Part shown: piece by piece, positions 25,087-38,160 of the stretch | Layout: every line of letters begins with the position of its first letter | Position numbering within the stretch: the stretch's first letter is position 1 | DNA from: Gekko japonicus | Lineage: Eukaryota | DNA length: 64,000 bases | Direction: 5' to 3' | Assembly: GCF_001447785.1 (NCBI RefSeq) | Contig: NW_015173683.1 | Coordinates: forward strand, 1,074,243 to 1,138,242 | The notes under the pieces: generated by a model | Database searches by the model: none | Told to the model about the DNA's origin: nothing | Seen by the model: the letters and a program-made list of their open reading frames with translations, nothing else | Program-made: the position numbers and the translations under genes

Positions 25087-26753
25087 ATTGAAATGGCAGT
25101 TAATGGTCCATGCACATAGGCAGAGGGTGAACAGCAAATTAGCATACAACATAATGAAGATGTTTTAACAGACACAAACACCAAACAGGAATAACAAGCT
25201 ACGCCAAAATAGGAGACTAATGTGGAAATGTATCCTCCTTAATTGTGGAATGCTAAGAGTAATTACTTGAGGTCCTGTTGTTATACTCCTGTTGTTTTAC
25301 TCCATTTGTCTCCTCTCAAGCATGGTGGTAACTAACAGCATCCTTTTCTTTGAGGCGGGGTGAATGATTGTACAGTGTTATGTCTCCTCTGTCTCTTGAT
25401 CAGAGAAATACATTCCAATATTCATTGCATTACATTACAGTCGCTATTGTAATCTATGATTCCAAATAAGAAATACACTGAAACGAAGAGGATGTATAGC
25501 CCTTCTTGGAGAGAATACATATAAGGACTGAAGGAGTTTAGCGTAAGAAACCAATACCCCTGTTAAGTCCTGGGGGGTTGTTCTGAGTAGTATAATAACT
25601 TGTAATTCAGCAATTTCCCTTTCTAGTCTGTTCTTGAAGTTCATTTGCAATAAAACAACTGTTACTTTGAGGTCACCCATTGAATGTCTTGGAAAGTTGA
25701 AGTGTTCTCCTACAGGTTTCTCAGTCTTGTGATCCTCGATGTCAGATTTGTGTCCATTTATCCGTTGGCGTAGGTAGGGTTTGACCTATTTACCATATGT
25801 AGAGAACCGCAGGGCATTGTTGACACTTAATGGCATATACAGTGTTAGAAGATGAGCATGTGGTGTAGATGATGTCGTTAGGTCTGGTGATTGTGTTGTC
25901 TGAGTGTATGTGGCAGCAAAGTTGGCTTCTGGGTTTATTGCAAGCTCTGGTGCTAGTGTCCACATTCAAATTAGATGTTGCATTATTGTGGGTGAGGAGT
26001 TGTTTGAGATTGGAGGGGTTGTCTGTGTGCAAGAAAAGGTTTGCCTCCCAGTACTTTTGAAAGAGAACTTTCATTATCCAGTAGAGGTTGTAAGTCACTG
26101 ATAATGTGTTGAACTGTTTTGAGTTGAGATCTGTATGTGACCACTAGTGTTGTTCTGTTATTGTCTGTCTTGCAACAGGTTTTCTTTGGGTACCATTTTG
26201 ACTTTATTAATCTGGGTTTTTTTACTTTATCAGGTGGATATTTTAGTTCGAAAAAGGTTTGTTGTTGTAGATCCCTCAAATGAGAATCTCTGTCTGTTAG
26301 ACTGGAGCAAATGTGGCTGTAGCGTAGAGCCTGCTGTATACAATGCTTCCTTTGGTATGTTTAGGATGGTAGCTGGAGGCATGTAGGTATGTTTGTCAGT
26401 CAGTGGGTTTCCTGTGTAAGATGGTGTCTAGGAGTCCACTGTGTATTTTTACAGTAGTGTCTAGAAAATGTATTTCTTGCATAGATTGGTAAGGTTCATT
26501 GTCAGGTTGATGGTGGGGTGAAAGTCGTTGAATGTCTGGTGGAATATGTCCAGGACTTCTCTACCATTTGTCCAGACAATAAAAATGTCATCAATGTAAC
26601 GTGAGTATAAGAGAGGTATGAGTGGGTGGGAGTTTAGGAACGTTGCTTCAAGTCATCCATAAAGATGTTAGCATACTGTGGGGTCATGTGGATTCCCTTG
26701 GCTGTACCATTGATCTGGAGAAACAGGTTGTCACCAGATCTGAAGTGGTTATA

Positions 26754-27104
26754 AAAGGTAAAGGTTCCCTTGCTCGAAAGCCAGTCGAATCTGACTCTAG
26801 GGTTGTGGTGCTCATCTCCGTTTCAAAGCCGAAGAGCCAGCGCTGTCCGAAGACATTTCCGTGGTCATGTGGCCAGCATGACTAAACACCAAGGCGCACG
26901 GAATGCTGTTACATTCCCACTAAAGTGGTACCTATTTACCTACTTGCAATTTCTTGCTTTCGAACTGCTAGGTTGGCAGGAGCTGGAACTAGAGACGGGA
27001 GCTCACTCTGTCATGTGGCACACTCGGGTCTTGAACTGCTGAACTACTGACCTTCCACAGCCTGCAGTTCAGCGTCTTAACCACTTGAGCCACGGCAGCT
27101 CCTA
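26754..27104 (-). mobile_element. Sauria-type SINE inserted into the PLE RT
   Basis: 14-bp TSD ctgaagtggttata (26740-26753 / 27105-27118); near-identical to 1407-1756. Confidence 0.92.
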
Positions 27105-28088
27105 CTGAAGTGGTTATAGGTGGAAACAAAATGGCACAGTTTGGTGACAAAGTCAGCTGTGTTGTAGTCAGGAATCATATTCCTTATGGCTTGTAATCCA
27201 TTTTTGTGAGGGATGTTAGTATACAGAGATTCCACATCCATGGTGGCTAAAATAGTATTCTCTGGATGGTTGTTCAAAGATTGTACTTTGCTGAGAAGGT
27301 CTGTGGTGTCGCGAACATAACTAGGAGCATAACTAACTATGAGGGTTTTCCTAACACTCATGGAGCATAATTACCTCAAGAGATCTTCACAATAGCTGTT
27401 CAGATCTCATGACTTGGGCAAAAAATAAATAAATCCAAACCTTGTGATCTTTCTCATTGGCTAATTATTACATAGTACTTACTTAATCTTCAAAGGTCTG
27501 TATGAATGCTAATGAATAATCACAGATTCCCTGGGGAACAGCTGAGTATTTATGATGGCCACATAACACCTGGGATTCTGAAGAAAAGACAGTGACCTGT
27601 ATTTTTTTTCTTCACTAGGCCACTAATAATAATCAGGATTAGATCTGAGAAACTGGTTTCTGTCAGCTTGTGTTTTCTTTTCCCCTGGAAAGGTACTAGT
27701 TTTGCTGTGTACTAGACTCCTCCTGGCTAATGGGGTTATGTCTGTCTGGGTGAAGATATACAGTTGTAGTAGCTGAACCTATAAATTATCTCTTTAGTCT
27801 GGTTTATAAATTAATGGTTTGGCTACAGAACAAAGTCAAATTAAACAGAGTCAGTTATTGCTCATGCTGGGACCTCTTTCACTTCTTTTTGCTGCTTGTT
27901 TGCTTCTTCCATTCACCTTGCTCTTTCTGTCTCTGTTGACCTGGGTAGTAGGTTTTCTTTGACTCCGGAAGGTCAGTGAGTGAGCTATGTGGTTTGAGTG
28001 GAAAACAAGTCCAGGACATGGCCATTTAGAGGGCCACCAATTGAGCAAAAACCAAATAGTTACATAGCAAAAGGGAATGGGCACATAG

Positions 28089-28683
28089 TTGGGATGGGCA
28101 CAACCTGAGAATGTTTGGTTTATGGCCAAACCACAAATGGAACCATGAACCAAATCAAACTAGGAGGTGTGTTCATGATCTGAACCAGTTTGTGGTTCGT
28201 GGCCCCACAAATTCCTTTGAAAGGGACTTCAGTCCCTTTAAACAGGGTTTGCAGAAAGTCCAAAAAACTGCTGAGCAATGGAGAGCAACATGCTCCCCGC
28301 TGCTCACCTGTTTTGGGCGAAAAACAGCTGTGCTGTTAAAGGGGCTGTACAAGACAGCTGTTTTGAGCTGTCTTCTGCAGTCCTTTTAAACTTTAAAGGG
28401 ACTGCACAAGACAGCCTGAAACAGCTGAGTGGTAAGGAGCACCTCCCTGCCACTTAGCTGTGTTTGTGGCTTTTGTGGGAAACAGACAGCAGGATTTAAA
28501 GGGACTGGGACTCCCTTTAACACCCCCCCACTTTCTGCTCCATCCTCGAACTGCCACAAACTGCTTTAAAAGTTTGTGGAAGTTTATGATCGTAGACCTG
28601 TCATGAACTTGTGCTCACGAATCATGAACAGGGCAAAATTCATGACGAATTTTGCTTTGTGGTTCAGGTTGTGCCCATCCCTA
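28089..28683. mobile_element. hAT-type MITE (TAGGGATGGGCAC TIR)
   Basis: 20-bp TIR ttgggatgggcacaacctga / tcaggttgtgcccatcccta; repeated gaacc/ggttc subterminal motifs; related partial copy at ~16455-16780. Confidence 0.75.
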
Positions 28684-29360
28684 GTCAATAGGTGGTCAGA
28701 AGCATCTCTCAAATAAAAATATTAGGGTTGTTTCATTTTAATTGGACAGGAGGAGGGCTTCCATACAAGGATGTACAGAGAGAACATATATATAAACCTT
28801 CAGAAAATGTTTTCTCAATTTTCTAGGAAATGTGGTAGTTTTTTGGGGGGGGATTTAAATATATGTACAATATTTATCAAACATAAACTTATATTGTTTT
28901 AGCAACATAAAATACATCATATGTAATTTAGCATATGAAATTGTACTGTTTGACACATTTATGGAATTTAAAAATACTTTTATACATGAAAAATTATGAA
29001 TCTACCCTATGCTACAGAAAGAAACAGCTGAAAACTGCTGGTAGACTATGTTACATTAATGTACAGAACTTAGGTTTTGACACCTCAGAAGTTGGAAAAA
29101 TAGTGTAGTATTTATATCAAACAATTCCATGTAATCACAGTAGGATTAGAAGCATATTTGAATATCAAGTCAGACTTTATGACATGGAACTTTTCAGTAG
29201 TGCTATATTGTACACATTATGGCAAATGAATTATGGACAGAATTATTTAAATGTGACATAAACTTACATTTGGAACCATGTTGTTTTGACTGTAGGACAC
29301 ACTGGATTTATCTAATGCTGTAAAGTCATTTTTTGTTATATTCATACTATGCATATTGTC

Positions 29361-29711
29361 TAGGGTTTCTAGCTGGGGGTGGAGGATCCCCCAGTTTGGA
29401 GCCTCTCCCTCTGGTTCAGGACTATTAGAAACTGGGGAAAATTACCCCCCTGGCAAGAATCCAAGAGTAAACATGATGTGCCTACATCAACCAGAAGTGG
29501 CATAAGCATGTAGGTGACGTTGGTGGAGGGCAACACTCTGGTTTTTGGGCAAAACTTAATGGTTTAAGGCTAATTCTACCATAGAATTTTGCCCACAAAC
29601 CAGAGCATCGCCCCCGACATCCCCATGCATTTATTTCCTGCTTCTTCTTCCTTTCCTCCAAGTGCACCCCCTCTTCCCCTGCCCGCTTGGCTGAGGGACC
29701 TGGCAACCCTA
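29361..29711 (+). mobile_element. hAT-type MITE (TAGGGTTGCCA family, long variant)
   Basis: tagggtttcta ... tggcaacccta; shares aaacatgatgtgccta..ccagaagtg..ccatagaattttgcc with 6693-6920. Confidence 0.7.
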
Positions 29712-31591
29712 ATTCTTTATGAGTAAATACAGGTTGTGGAACTGAGGTGTTTAGTAACAGAGACATTACCAAATTAGCTTTGATTCCACAAGTTTTCATG
29801 TATACTTGATTCATGGTCTGACCATTACTTGATGTATCTGAAATTAAGAAATACTTAAGAACATCAAATTTGTGTTGTATGTTCTGGGGTTCAAGAATCA
29901 AAGGATCCCTGGGAGCTTATCCAAATTTGGGGGCTTGTGTGTGTGGGAGTATTCCAACTGTTATGTGTGGAAAAGAGGATGTGAGTAAAAACAGAGAGAG
30001 AAAGGAGCTGGCTATTAACAGAATCTCTTCCACTGTAAGGAAGTGGTCTTCGGAAGGGTGGAATATGATACTAAGGTGTCCATAATTTGAGGTTAATATT
30101 TTAAAAAGGAGAGTGCTGAAGCTTGAACCTCTGTTGTGGCAGTGGCATCAGTTGGATCCATACCTTCTACAAAATCAGAGAGTTCCCTCCAGCAGTTCCC
30201 TGCGAATCCTTCAAAGCTACTGCTGAGGATCAGATGACTCCCCAAAATAATAGGACATGCAGCATGGGGAGGCTATGGCAAGAAGCAAGAATTAGCTGAA
30301 AATTCCCCACATGATCATATGAACAAAGATTTCCCCCTTTTTGTTTGCAGTCCCCTATATCATGTATTCTGTTCTTATTAGAGATGTAAAGACCTGGGGA
30401 AATAACCCCCATTTCTTTCTAAGACTTTCCCCTTAATTTATACAATTGAAATTTGGGAAATTCTGGGGAGTGTTCAAGAGAACTCCTTGGAATTCTTTTT
30501 CTTTTGAAATGAATGAAATTTTATTTAAGACAAGGTTTTACTCATTTAAAATGTATAGCATGAACATTCATATGTTAAACAATCTACAGCATTAGATTAT
30601 AATTCTTATGTATACAGTAGGCATGTAAAATGTATATTGTATAAAATATTTATTGTTTAAATATGAATAATTCTGGTAACTATTAATATATTGTAATGTA
30701 TTTGATAATACATTATTAAAGGATTTACTGTTTTCAGTGTTAAAAAGGTTAACTCAATATCCTGATATGCTGAGTCCTATTACAAATGTATGAGACTTTC
30801 TGTGCAGATAATACATTTTCTTTTTTTACTACAAAATTTGTTACCATTACATTTATGCTTTTAAATTCCATAGATATTCCAAGGAGTAACATTGTATATG
30901 CTAAGTTACAAATTATGCCTTTTATGTTAAATCTGTAAAATAAGTTCTAGTTTGATTCATAGATCAGCTTCTTCTCAAAAGTTCAAATTGCTAACGTTCG
31001 TACCTCTTTACACTGTAAGAGTATGCTCCTTTCTGTGGTATTCTCAAAATGTTGTAGCTTTGAGTTCTAACCAGTTAAAATAGTATTGCTAATTATCTGA
31101 CACATCCTTCCCAATTTGACTATGCAAATCTGTTTAGTTACTCAAACAATTCAAAAAGCAAGACCCCCTGTAAGTCATTACAGATTTTTTTTTGAAATGT
31201 CAGATATTACAGTATTTCATGCGTTGTAGGCAAATATTATTGCTAAAGCATTGCTTCCAGACTTTAAAGCATAGATGTAGTGAATGCAAGTTTTGTTACT
31301 GTTAATAGTGATCGCACAATGTGTGGTAATGGGACTCTCCATTAACTTTGTTACTGCAGCCGGAGTTGCATAGATGAAGTGTCTTCCGTTGGGCACCGTG
31401 TTACTCTCTCCAAACAGCAGGGCTCCCACCGAAACAAACAAGCTTTTTCAGTACTGTAAAGATTCCAGTGTTTTGATAGCTTTGTTCAGTCACCTTACAC
31501 TGTACTGAAATGAAAGTATTTAAGCCAGTGACAACACAGAGATGCTGTTTGGTTCCTGACCCAAAGCTGTATATTTATGTTTAAGTTAGGT

Positions 31592-32236
31592 CAGGGGTGG
31601 CCAAACTGTGGCTCGGGAGCCACATGTGGCTCTTACACACATATTGTGCGGCTCCTGGCAAAACAGCTGGGGAAGCGAAGGGGAGGCATGCCTTCCCTTC
31701 TCCAGCCAGTGTTCCCCTCCCTGTGTAGGCTTGAGGTGGGGGGTGCAGCAGAGTAAGAAGCAACTTGAACTTTAAATGCATTCTCAAAGCCGCCCCCCCC
31801 CCCGGCTTGGAGAAGGCATTTGTCTCTTTAAATCCCTTTTCCAAGCCAAGCCACCTGGCGTGGGGGGGGGGTTGGAGAACACATTTAAAGTTAAAGTTGC
31901 TTTCTTTCCACCTCTCTCTCTCTTCCCCTTCCCCCTCCCCCTCCCCCTCTTCCTTCCCCCCTCCCCATCTATTTGCTTTCTTTGTTTCTCTCTCTCTCTT
32001 AGATAAATAAATGTTATTAGCAAACAAATATCGTTGGACAAATAAATATCATTATCAATATCTGTTTTACCCCTATTGTTTTTATTTTTGGCAGTCTCAT
32101 TTAATGTTAATAAAAAGTAAATGTGCATATTTTTTGATTAAAATGTTTGTGTAATATTTGTTCATGTCTTGCGGCTCCCAAACATCTGACGTTTATTCTG
32201 TGTGGCTCTTATGTTAAGCAAGTTTGGCCACCCCTG
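31592..32236 (+). mobile_element. Non-autonomous hAT (Charlie-like) element
   Basis: Perfect TIR caggggtggccaaact / agtttggccacccctg; perfect 8-bp TSD agttaggt (31584-31591 / 32237-32244). Confidence 0.92.
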
Positions 32237-33452
32237 AGTTAGGTAAATTCCTGAACTCTCTGACTCAAGATGAGTGGTTTGAAATAAGGGGTTCTGCACC
32301 ATTGTTGCCATGCTCCATATTATGCAGACCCTTTGGTTCTGACTGGCTCTTTGCTTGGCATCTAATTCACTGCCGAATTTCAAAAGCAGCACTGTCTGTT
32401 CTCCTTTTCTGCTGTCCGAGCAATCCACAAATATGTGTACTGAACGTGTGCTTTTAATTGTTTGAAGAATGGCATCCTTTGGTGACAGGAATATATAAGA
32501 AAAAGGTGTGAGTACTTTCTCTTCATCACTATTAGAGAGAAAATTGAAGACAAATTATATGGTACACAGATTAAATTTAATCTTGTTACCTTGTGGTGAA
32601 GAACTTCGTTTGGCACTTCAGCGCTGAATACTTGCCTCAGTATATTTGCCTACAGCACATATGTGATCTGCCATGTGTATTTTTGGTGTTATCTGTGGCT
32701 CAGTAAATGCCATCCTAAATAGTTGTTTGCTTTTGAGGATTAGTCATAGATCTTGACATTGGTTTACATCGTATACGTTGTGAAAACTTATCTAAGTTCA
32801 GACGCATGGGTCTGGGTGAAGTTGTTCAATTGTTTGATATTATCTACCTTTATTTGGAGTGGGAGAGCATGGTGACAGGGAAGGTAGATGCAGAATGCAA
32901 GCAAGAGATCCCAAAATGTTGTTTGTAAATAGTTCCACATCTGATTAACATGGTAACCATTTTCTGTCATCAAGACACATATATGTAAAACCCCAATAGA
33001 AAGGCAGGGAACAGAGCTTATTACACATGATTCTGTAAACACAGGGATGGCTAGCAGTTGGCACGTGATCTAAATCTGGCTCCCATAACATTTTGGGCCC
33101 TGGGTCACATTTTAATTGAAATGTGGTAAACAGTTTGCCAATAGTGTCTCCCATACAGAGAAGAAATAGGATTAATGTGCAAGCAACAGATTCCAGAGTG
33201 CTTTAATATTATGACTCTTTATTGCAGGGCATGTAATCACCCAGCTTTGTTTTAATGCTTCTGTTCCATAATTGTCAAGTTCTTACTGGTGCCTATCAAT
33301 ATTGATGCCTATCAATAAAGTGTAATGAAGTATGAAATCTAACCATTGTGGAGATGTTGGTTTGTGTGGCAGATTACAGGACCACTGTGTGCAGAATGGA
33401 GTGGTCTTTTACAATACAGAAGTTGGCCATCCCTGCCTTAGTACAAGCTTTG

Positions 33453-33662
33453 GGGAGGGGCTGTGGCTCAATGGTAGAACATTTGCTTTGCCTAAAGAAG
33501 GTCCCAGGTTCAATTGCTGGGATCCCAGTAACAGGGTGAAGTAGTTGGTGATGTGAAGGACTGTCACCTGAGTCCCTGGAGTTACTGCCCGTCTGAGAAG
33601 ACAACACTGACTTTGGTGGACCAATGGTTGAGTGAATACAAGTAAGGAAGTTTCATGGGTTC
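33453..33662 (+). mobile_element. tRNA-derived SINE (6165 family)
   Basis: ggggctgtggctcaatggtagaac..aggtcccaggttcaatt head and shared body. Confidence 0.7.
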
Positions 33663-35047
33663 AAAGCTTATGATACAGTATAAGCACCCTACTCCCAGAG
33701 CTTTATCTTCTGGAAAATATTTTTCTCTCTCTAGTGGCCAGATGGTGCATGTTGGGGGTTGCCCCTCCTCCAGTGTCATTCAACCCAATTGCTCTTTCGT
33801 GTTGGTGGAAGGGAAGTACTCTGTTCCCTTTCACCAACCCCATTCGCCCCTGTTCTAGTGCCTTTTGCTTTTGAGGAAGTTCCTGATGGCATCAGGAAAG
33901 TAAGAAGGTATAACTCTCTTTGGAGGAAGATAGGGGAATTGTTAGTGTTCTTCAGCGAGGGAGGCTTTCTCTGCAGTGGGGTGCAGACCTTCATGTACCC
34001 TACAGAACATCTATATTTCATCTTGTAGTGTCCTCATATGGATACTGAGGTATCTGAGAGTGGAATCTATAAATAGCTTCTGGAGTGGCATATGCCTGGT
34101 GTATGGTTTTCTGTGTGGTACCTAACATCTTTTCAAAAGCACAGAAACCAGTGCAAAATCATAATGGAGACTGGCTGACTTAGGAAGTAAATGTATTGCT
34201 GGAGAATATGTGGTCTAGATAATATAAAATTGTCTGTATTAAACTTCTATGCCTAATGGCAAGTCTGTCTTCTGCTAGCCCAAGTAAATATTCTGGAAAT
34301 GTATTTGTATAGTAAAATGATGTTTCCAGTTTGATGGTAATGCATTAAGGACCCTGACATAGTTTCAGTAGATGATGATTTGTCATACTTTAATGTTCCT
34401 TTACGGCAAGGTGCCATTGTTATTTAACCTGCTCTAATTGTTTCCAGCTTTCTGTGTTGAACTGAATTGCAGTTCAGGGCAGACTTAAACTCAATAGTTT
34501 TTCCCACTGCATTTGCCAGCAAAGTGTCTTAAATGGGCTGGGTTGTAATAAGTATTGCAAAAATGCTTATTGACAAAGGGGTACTCAGATTGTGGGTTCT
34601 GTTGGCAGACAAAAAGTCCCATAAGCCCCTATTCCTTTCTGAGAGTATGAGGTTCTCCATCTGGACTTTAACTAGAATTTTGTCACTTTTCTTGGGGGTA
34701 TTGTAAAGACTGCTTACATTGGAAAATGAGAGATTAGAAAACATTTAAAGTACATTTTATTTATTAATAATAAACTTCCATAGCCAAACTCCACAAAGAA
34801 CAGTGTGCAGTCACCTTTTGTTTAGTTTGTATAGTTTGGTTCAACCCAGTGGTTGTTTTTAATCTTAAAAGAAAGTAATTTGAAGGGTTTACAGTGCCTA
34901 TCTTTGGATATGAACAGATATGAAATAACATTGGCACTCATCTTACTACTCCCAGTGCTATCTGTCAAGAACATTTTTATCCTGCTTTCCTTTAAGGAGC
35001 TTAGAGTGCTGTACATGAAACAGCAGTCACTGGAGGTGTGGGGGGGA

Positions 35048-35133
35048 GGCATTTGTGAATTTCCTGCATTGTGCAGGGGGTTGGACTAGATGACCCTGGA
35101 GGTCCCTTCCAACTCTATGATTCTATTATTCTA
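35048..35133 (+). mobile_element. CR1 extreme 3' end
   Basis: gggttggactagatgaccctggaggtcccttccaactctatgattctat. Confidence 0.85.
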
Positions 35134-35744
35134 TGGCTCTCTTTTCCTCATTTTATCCTTGCTACCAATCCTATGAGTTGGATTAGGTTGGAGGCTGTCC
35201 GGCCCAAGTTTCATGGTAACATGGGGCTTTTAATTGGGTCTCCCAAATTCTTGTTCAGTAGTGGGAGCTAATAGTAGTATAATGTGTGGTAATTGTTTTC
35301 AAAGAGTTGGGGCTGGATCTAGCACTCAAATTCTCATTAAGCTTGCTTTCTGTGTTCCCATGTTAAGTAATATTGGTCAAAACACCGCAATGCAAAATAT
35401 AGGTGACACACTTTTGTCTTGAAAAAAATTAACCTTTGTGGTGTGAAGATTTGTAAAGAAAATAAAAGACAGGCTAGTATTGCCATTACTCTCCCATCTG
35501 AAAAAGACTCCCATCTGAGTAATGAGGGCCAAGGCAGACATTTAAAGCATTGGTGAAAGAGGAGTTATGGATGATTTGTACTTTCTGTCTCTGTCCAAGG
35601 CTTGGTGGTGGTGTGGCCCATGCTTCTACTGCAGTCTCAATGGTGAATGTTCTGTTGACAGAAGCACAGAATGCTCACCATCACCATGGTGAAATGTGCA
35701 TCTTTTTGTACTTTCCCTGTTGAGTTTCCTTGAACATTCAGAAG

Positions 35745-36484
35745 CATAAATAAAATGGCCAATATTGTAATGGCCCCTTATAGATTTATGGTTAGACGTC
35801 ATTTGGAATACTGTGTGCAGTTCTGTTTACTCTGTCTGTCTGTCTTGTCTATCTGTCCTCAAAAAGGATACTGTGGAGCTGGAAAAACATACAGAAGAGG
35901 ACAGCCAAGAAGATCAAGGGGTTGGAGCACTTTTCCTATGAGGAAAGGCTGAAGAATCCGGAACTTCTCATTTTAGAAAAGCTGACTGAGGAGAACATGA
36001 GACAACAAACATTTCATGCATCAGGAGAAGGCCTTGGCCTCTGAGCCCTATTTGTAGGCTCTCTGGGGTAAATGCAGAGGTCATTTCGGGGGGAACGCAT
36101 TCCCCCGGGTGAGGTGCAGGGGGCGGGGCACATGACAAAGCCCCGCCCCCTGCTTCCGGCCGCCCCGCTTCCAGCCCTCATTCAGCCAGGAGGAGGCAGA
36201 AGAAGAGGGAGTTTAAGTTGCTTCCTCCCCGCCTCTCCCCACCCCTGCCTGCCTGGGGCCAGGGAGGGCCTTGGCAGGGCTTCCTCGCACTCCCGCTGGC
36301 CTTGCAGGTCCACCGCCGGGTCCCTGATGTCAGGGGGTGTGGCATATGCTAATGAGTTATGCTAATGAGTTCCCCTAGCTCTTTTTCTACGAAATGACCC
36401 CTGGGTAAATGGTTAGCTGCTGCTTGAAGCAGGTTGCTGGACTAGGTGGACCACAGGTTTGATTCAGTAGGACTTTTCTTATGT
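35745..36484 (+). mobile_element. Degraded CR1 3' fragment, interrupted by hAT MITE
   Basis: [15 protein letters not shown]; homologous to 21475-22170. Confidence 0.85.
36075..36403 (-). mobile_element. hAT MITE (CAGGGGTCATTT TIR)
   Basis: TIR cagaggtcatttcg / cgaaatgacccctg; perfect 8-bp TSD ggtaaatg (36067-36074 / 36404-36411). Confidence 0.9.
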
Positions 36485-36695
36485 CATAAGTAGGAGCACA
36501 TTATGGTGCCATAATGTGAAACAGACTACTGAATAAACATTATACAAAAACTGTGGCTTGAGAGGAAAGTTCCTCTCCTTTATTGTTTGGAAGGAAATGC
36601 AGGATTCAGTTATTCACACTAGTGTTTTGCAGTTATGGTGGCAGTGGGAGAATTTTTGCTTTCATGCCTTTGTGACGAGTTCTGTTTTTGTCTTG

Positions 36696-37239
36696 GGGGA
36701 ATTTCAGACAGGTGCTTTCTCCCGGTAGGGAACCGATTCTCAACCGGGTGCTGGTCTGTCATTTCAGACCGAACCCGGTTGAGAATCGGTTCCCTACCGN
36801 NNNNNNNNNNNNNNNNNNNNNNNNNNNNNNNGATTAGGAACCGGGAGGGAAGCGTTTTACCTGTCAACCGCTTCCGAGGAGGCTCCCGTTCCCTCTCCCG
36901 GTTCCGATACGCTTCTTTCCCGCCTTTTTTCAGCCGCGCGGGCTTTTTTTTTTTTGAACGTTCGGCTTATATCGATATATCGATATAACGCTATACCGAT
37001 CCCATTGGAATACATTGGAATACTGGTATATCGATATATCGCTATAAGACGGACTTTTTAAAAAAAAAAAAACGTGGGGAAACAAAGCGGGGCGTGTGTG
37101 AAACGCCGAACCGCTTCTGAATCGGCTCCTTTCCGGTAGGGGCAAGCCGTGTGTGAAACGGCAGCCCTCTACCGGTTCATCTGCAAACGGAAGACTCCCG
37201 GCTTGAAACCGGGAGAAGACGGGTAATGTGAAATTCCCC
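36696..37239 (+). mobile_element. Palindromic CpG-rich MITE, PIF/Harbinger-like
   Basis: TIR ggggaatttca / tgaaattcccc; repeated tttcagac/gtgtgaaa motifs; internal hairpins; diverged inverted copy at 55891-56497; contains 32-N gap 36800-36831. Confidence 0.75.
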
Positions 37240-37316
37240 ATGGCTTCATCTTATGCTTAAGGTGCTTAATGTAATTGTGTTTTTAATGTTATTGTGAGTC
37301 TTAAATGAAAAGGCAT

Positions 37317-37549
37317 AGGGTTAGATCCAACTTGCTTCTCCACGTGCACAAGGACTTCTGCCTGTGGAGCATGATTTCTCCACTTTTTCCACACATGTGG
37401 TAGCTGTAAATGCACCCTGAAATTCTGTTCCTCAGTTCTCCCTTTTCCCCAGGAACAGGATTTCAGGGGTCCTTTCAGGGCTGTTGCTGGAGCCTGGGAA
37501 GTCATGATCCACAGGCAAAAGTCCTTGTGCCCAGTCTGGATCCAAGCCT
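37317..37549. mobile_element. Fold-back MITE
   Basis: gcacaaggacttctgcctgtggagcatga versus reverse complement of tcatgatccacaggcaaaagtccttgtgc (27/29); ends agggttagatcca / tggatccaagcct. Confidence 0.75.
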
Positions 37550-37593
37550 CTGTGTGTGTGTGTGTGTGTGTTGTGTGTGTAATCCACGCACAA

Positions 37594-37826
37594 AGAAGAA
37601 TAGTGGCTTTTTATACCCCGCTTCTCTACTTTCTCAAAGAGACCTACAATTGTCTTTCTTTCCTGTCTCCACAACAGATACCTTGTGAGGTAGGTGGGGC
37701 TGAGAGAGTTCTGAAAGAACTGTGACTGACCGAAGGTCACCAGCAGGCTTCATGTAGAGGAGAGGGAAACCACACACAGTTCTCTGGAATAGTCTGCTGC
37801 TCTTGACCACCACACCATGCTGACTC
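37594..37826 (-). mobile_element. Gecko-type tRNA/CORE SINE (Squam3-like)
   Basis: Similar to 44571-44864. Confidence 0.75.
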
Positions 37827-37991
37827 ACAAACATCCAGCACAGGACCAGCTCAATAAAACTTTCCTTTCTTGCTTTTTTTTGGTCTGATAATATGGCTTG
37901 TACTGTTAGCTAAGATAAACTTTAAACATTTATGTCTGCAGAAAAATGTCAGGTAAGAAACCTGGAAGGTATTTTCCAGTCACCCCCTAAC

Positions 37992-38160
37992 CAGGGCTTT
38001 TCTTTGGGGGGGGGGGAGGTGCCGGAACTCTCGAGAGGGAAATGAAGTTTTCAATCTGTATACTGAAAACTAATGAACTTTTAAACATTTTAAAAATAAT
38101 TTTGTTGAAGAGGTTCTGGAACTCTGTTCTGGTGCATTCCCCCAGAAAAAAAAAGCCCTG
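37992..38160. mobile_element. hAT MITE (CAGGGCTTTT TIR)
   Basis: Perfect 8-bp TSD cccctaac (37984-37991 / 38161-38168). Confidence 0.88.

Larger units (their letters stand above)
24960..27333 (-). mobile_element. Penelope-like element (Neptune-type), 5'-truncated and frameshifted: RT + GIY-YIG endonuclease + terminal repeat
   Basis: SYVRDTTDLL, ILATMDVESLYTNIPH, QINGTAKG..PQYANIFM, LYSRYIDDIFIVW (RT); CNKPRSQLCCHI Cys linker; TCSSSNTVYAIKCQQCP..YI, LRQRINGHKSDI, VGEHF, REIAEL (GIY-YIG). Confidence 0.93.

Noticed and set aside
33453-33530. tRNA genes (also 6165, 11360, 44790)
   Set aside because: Degenerate tRNA-like heads continuing into SINE bodies; no intact cloverleaf
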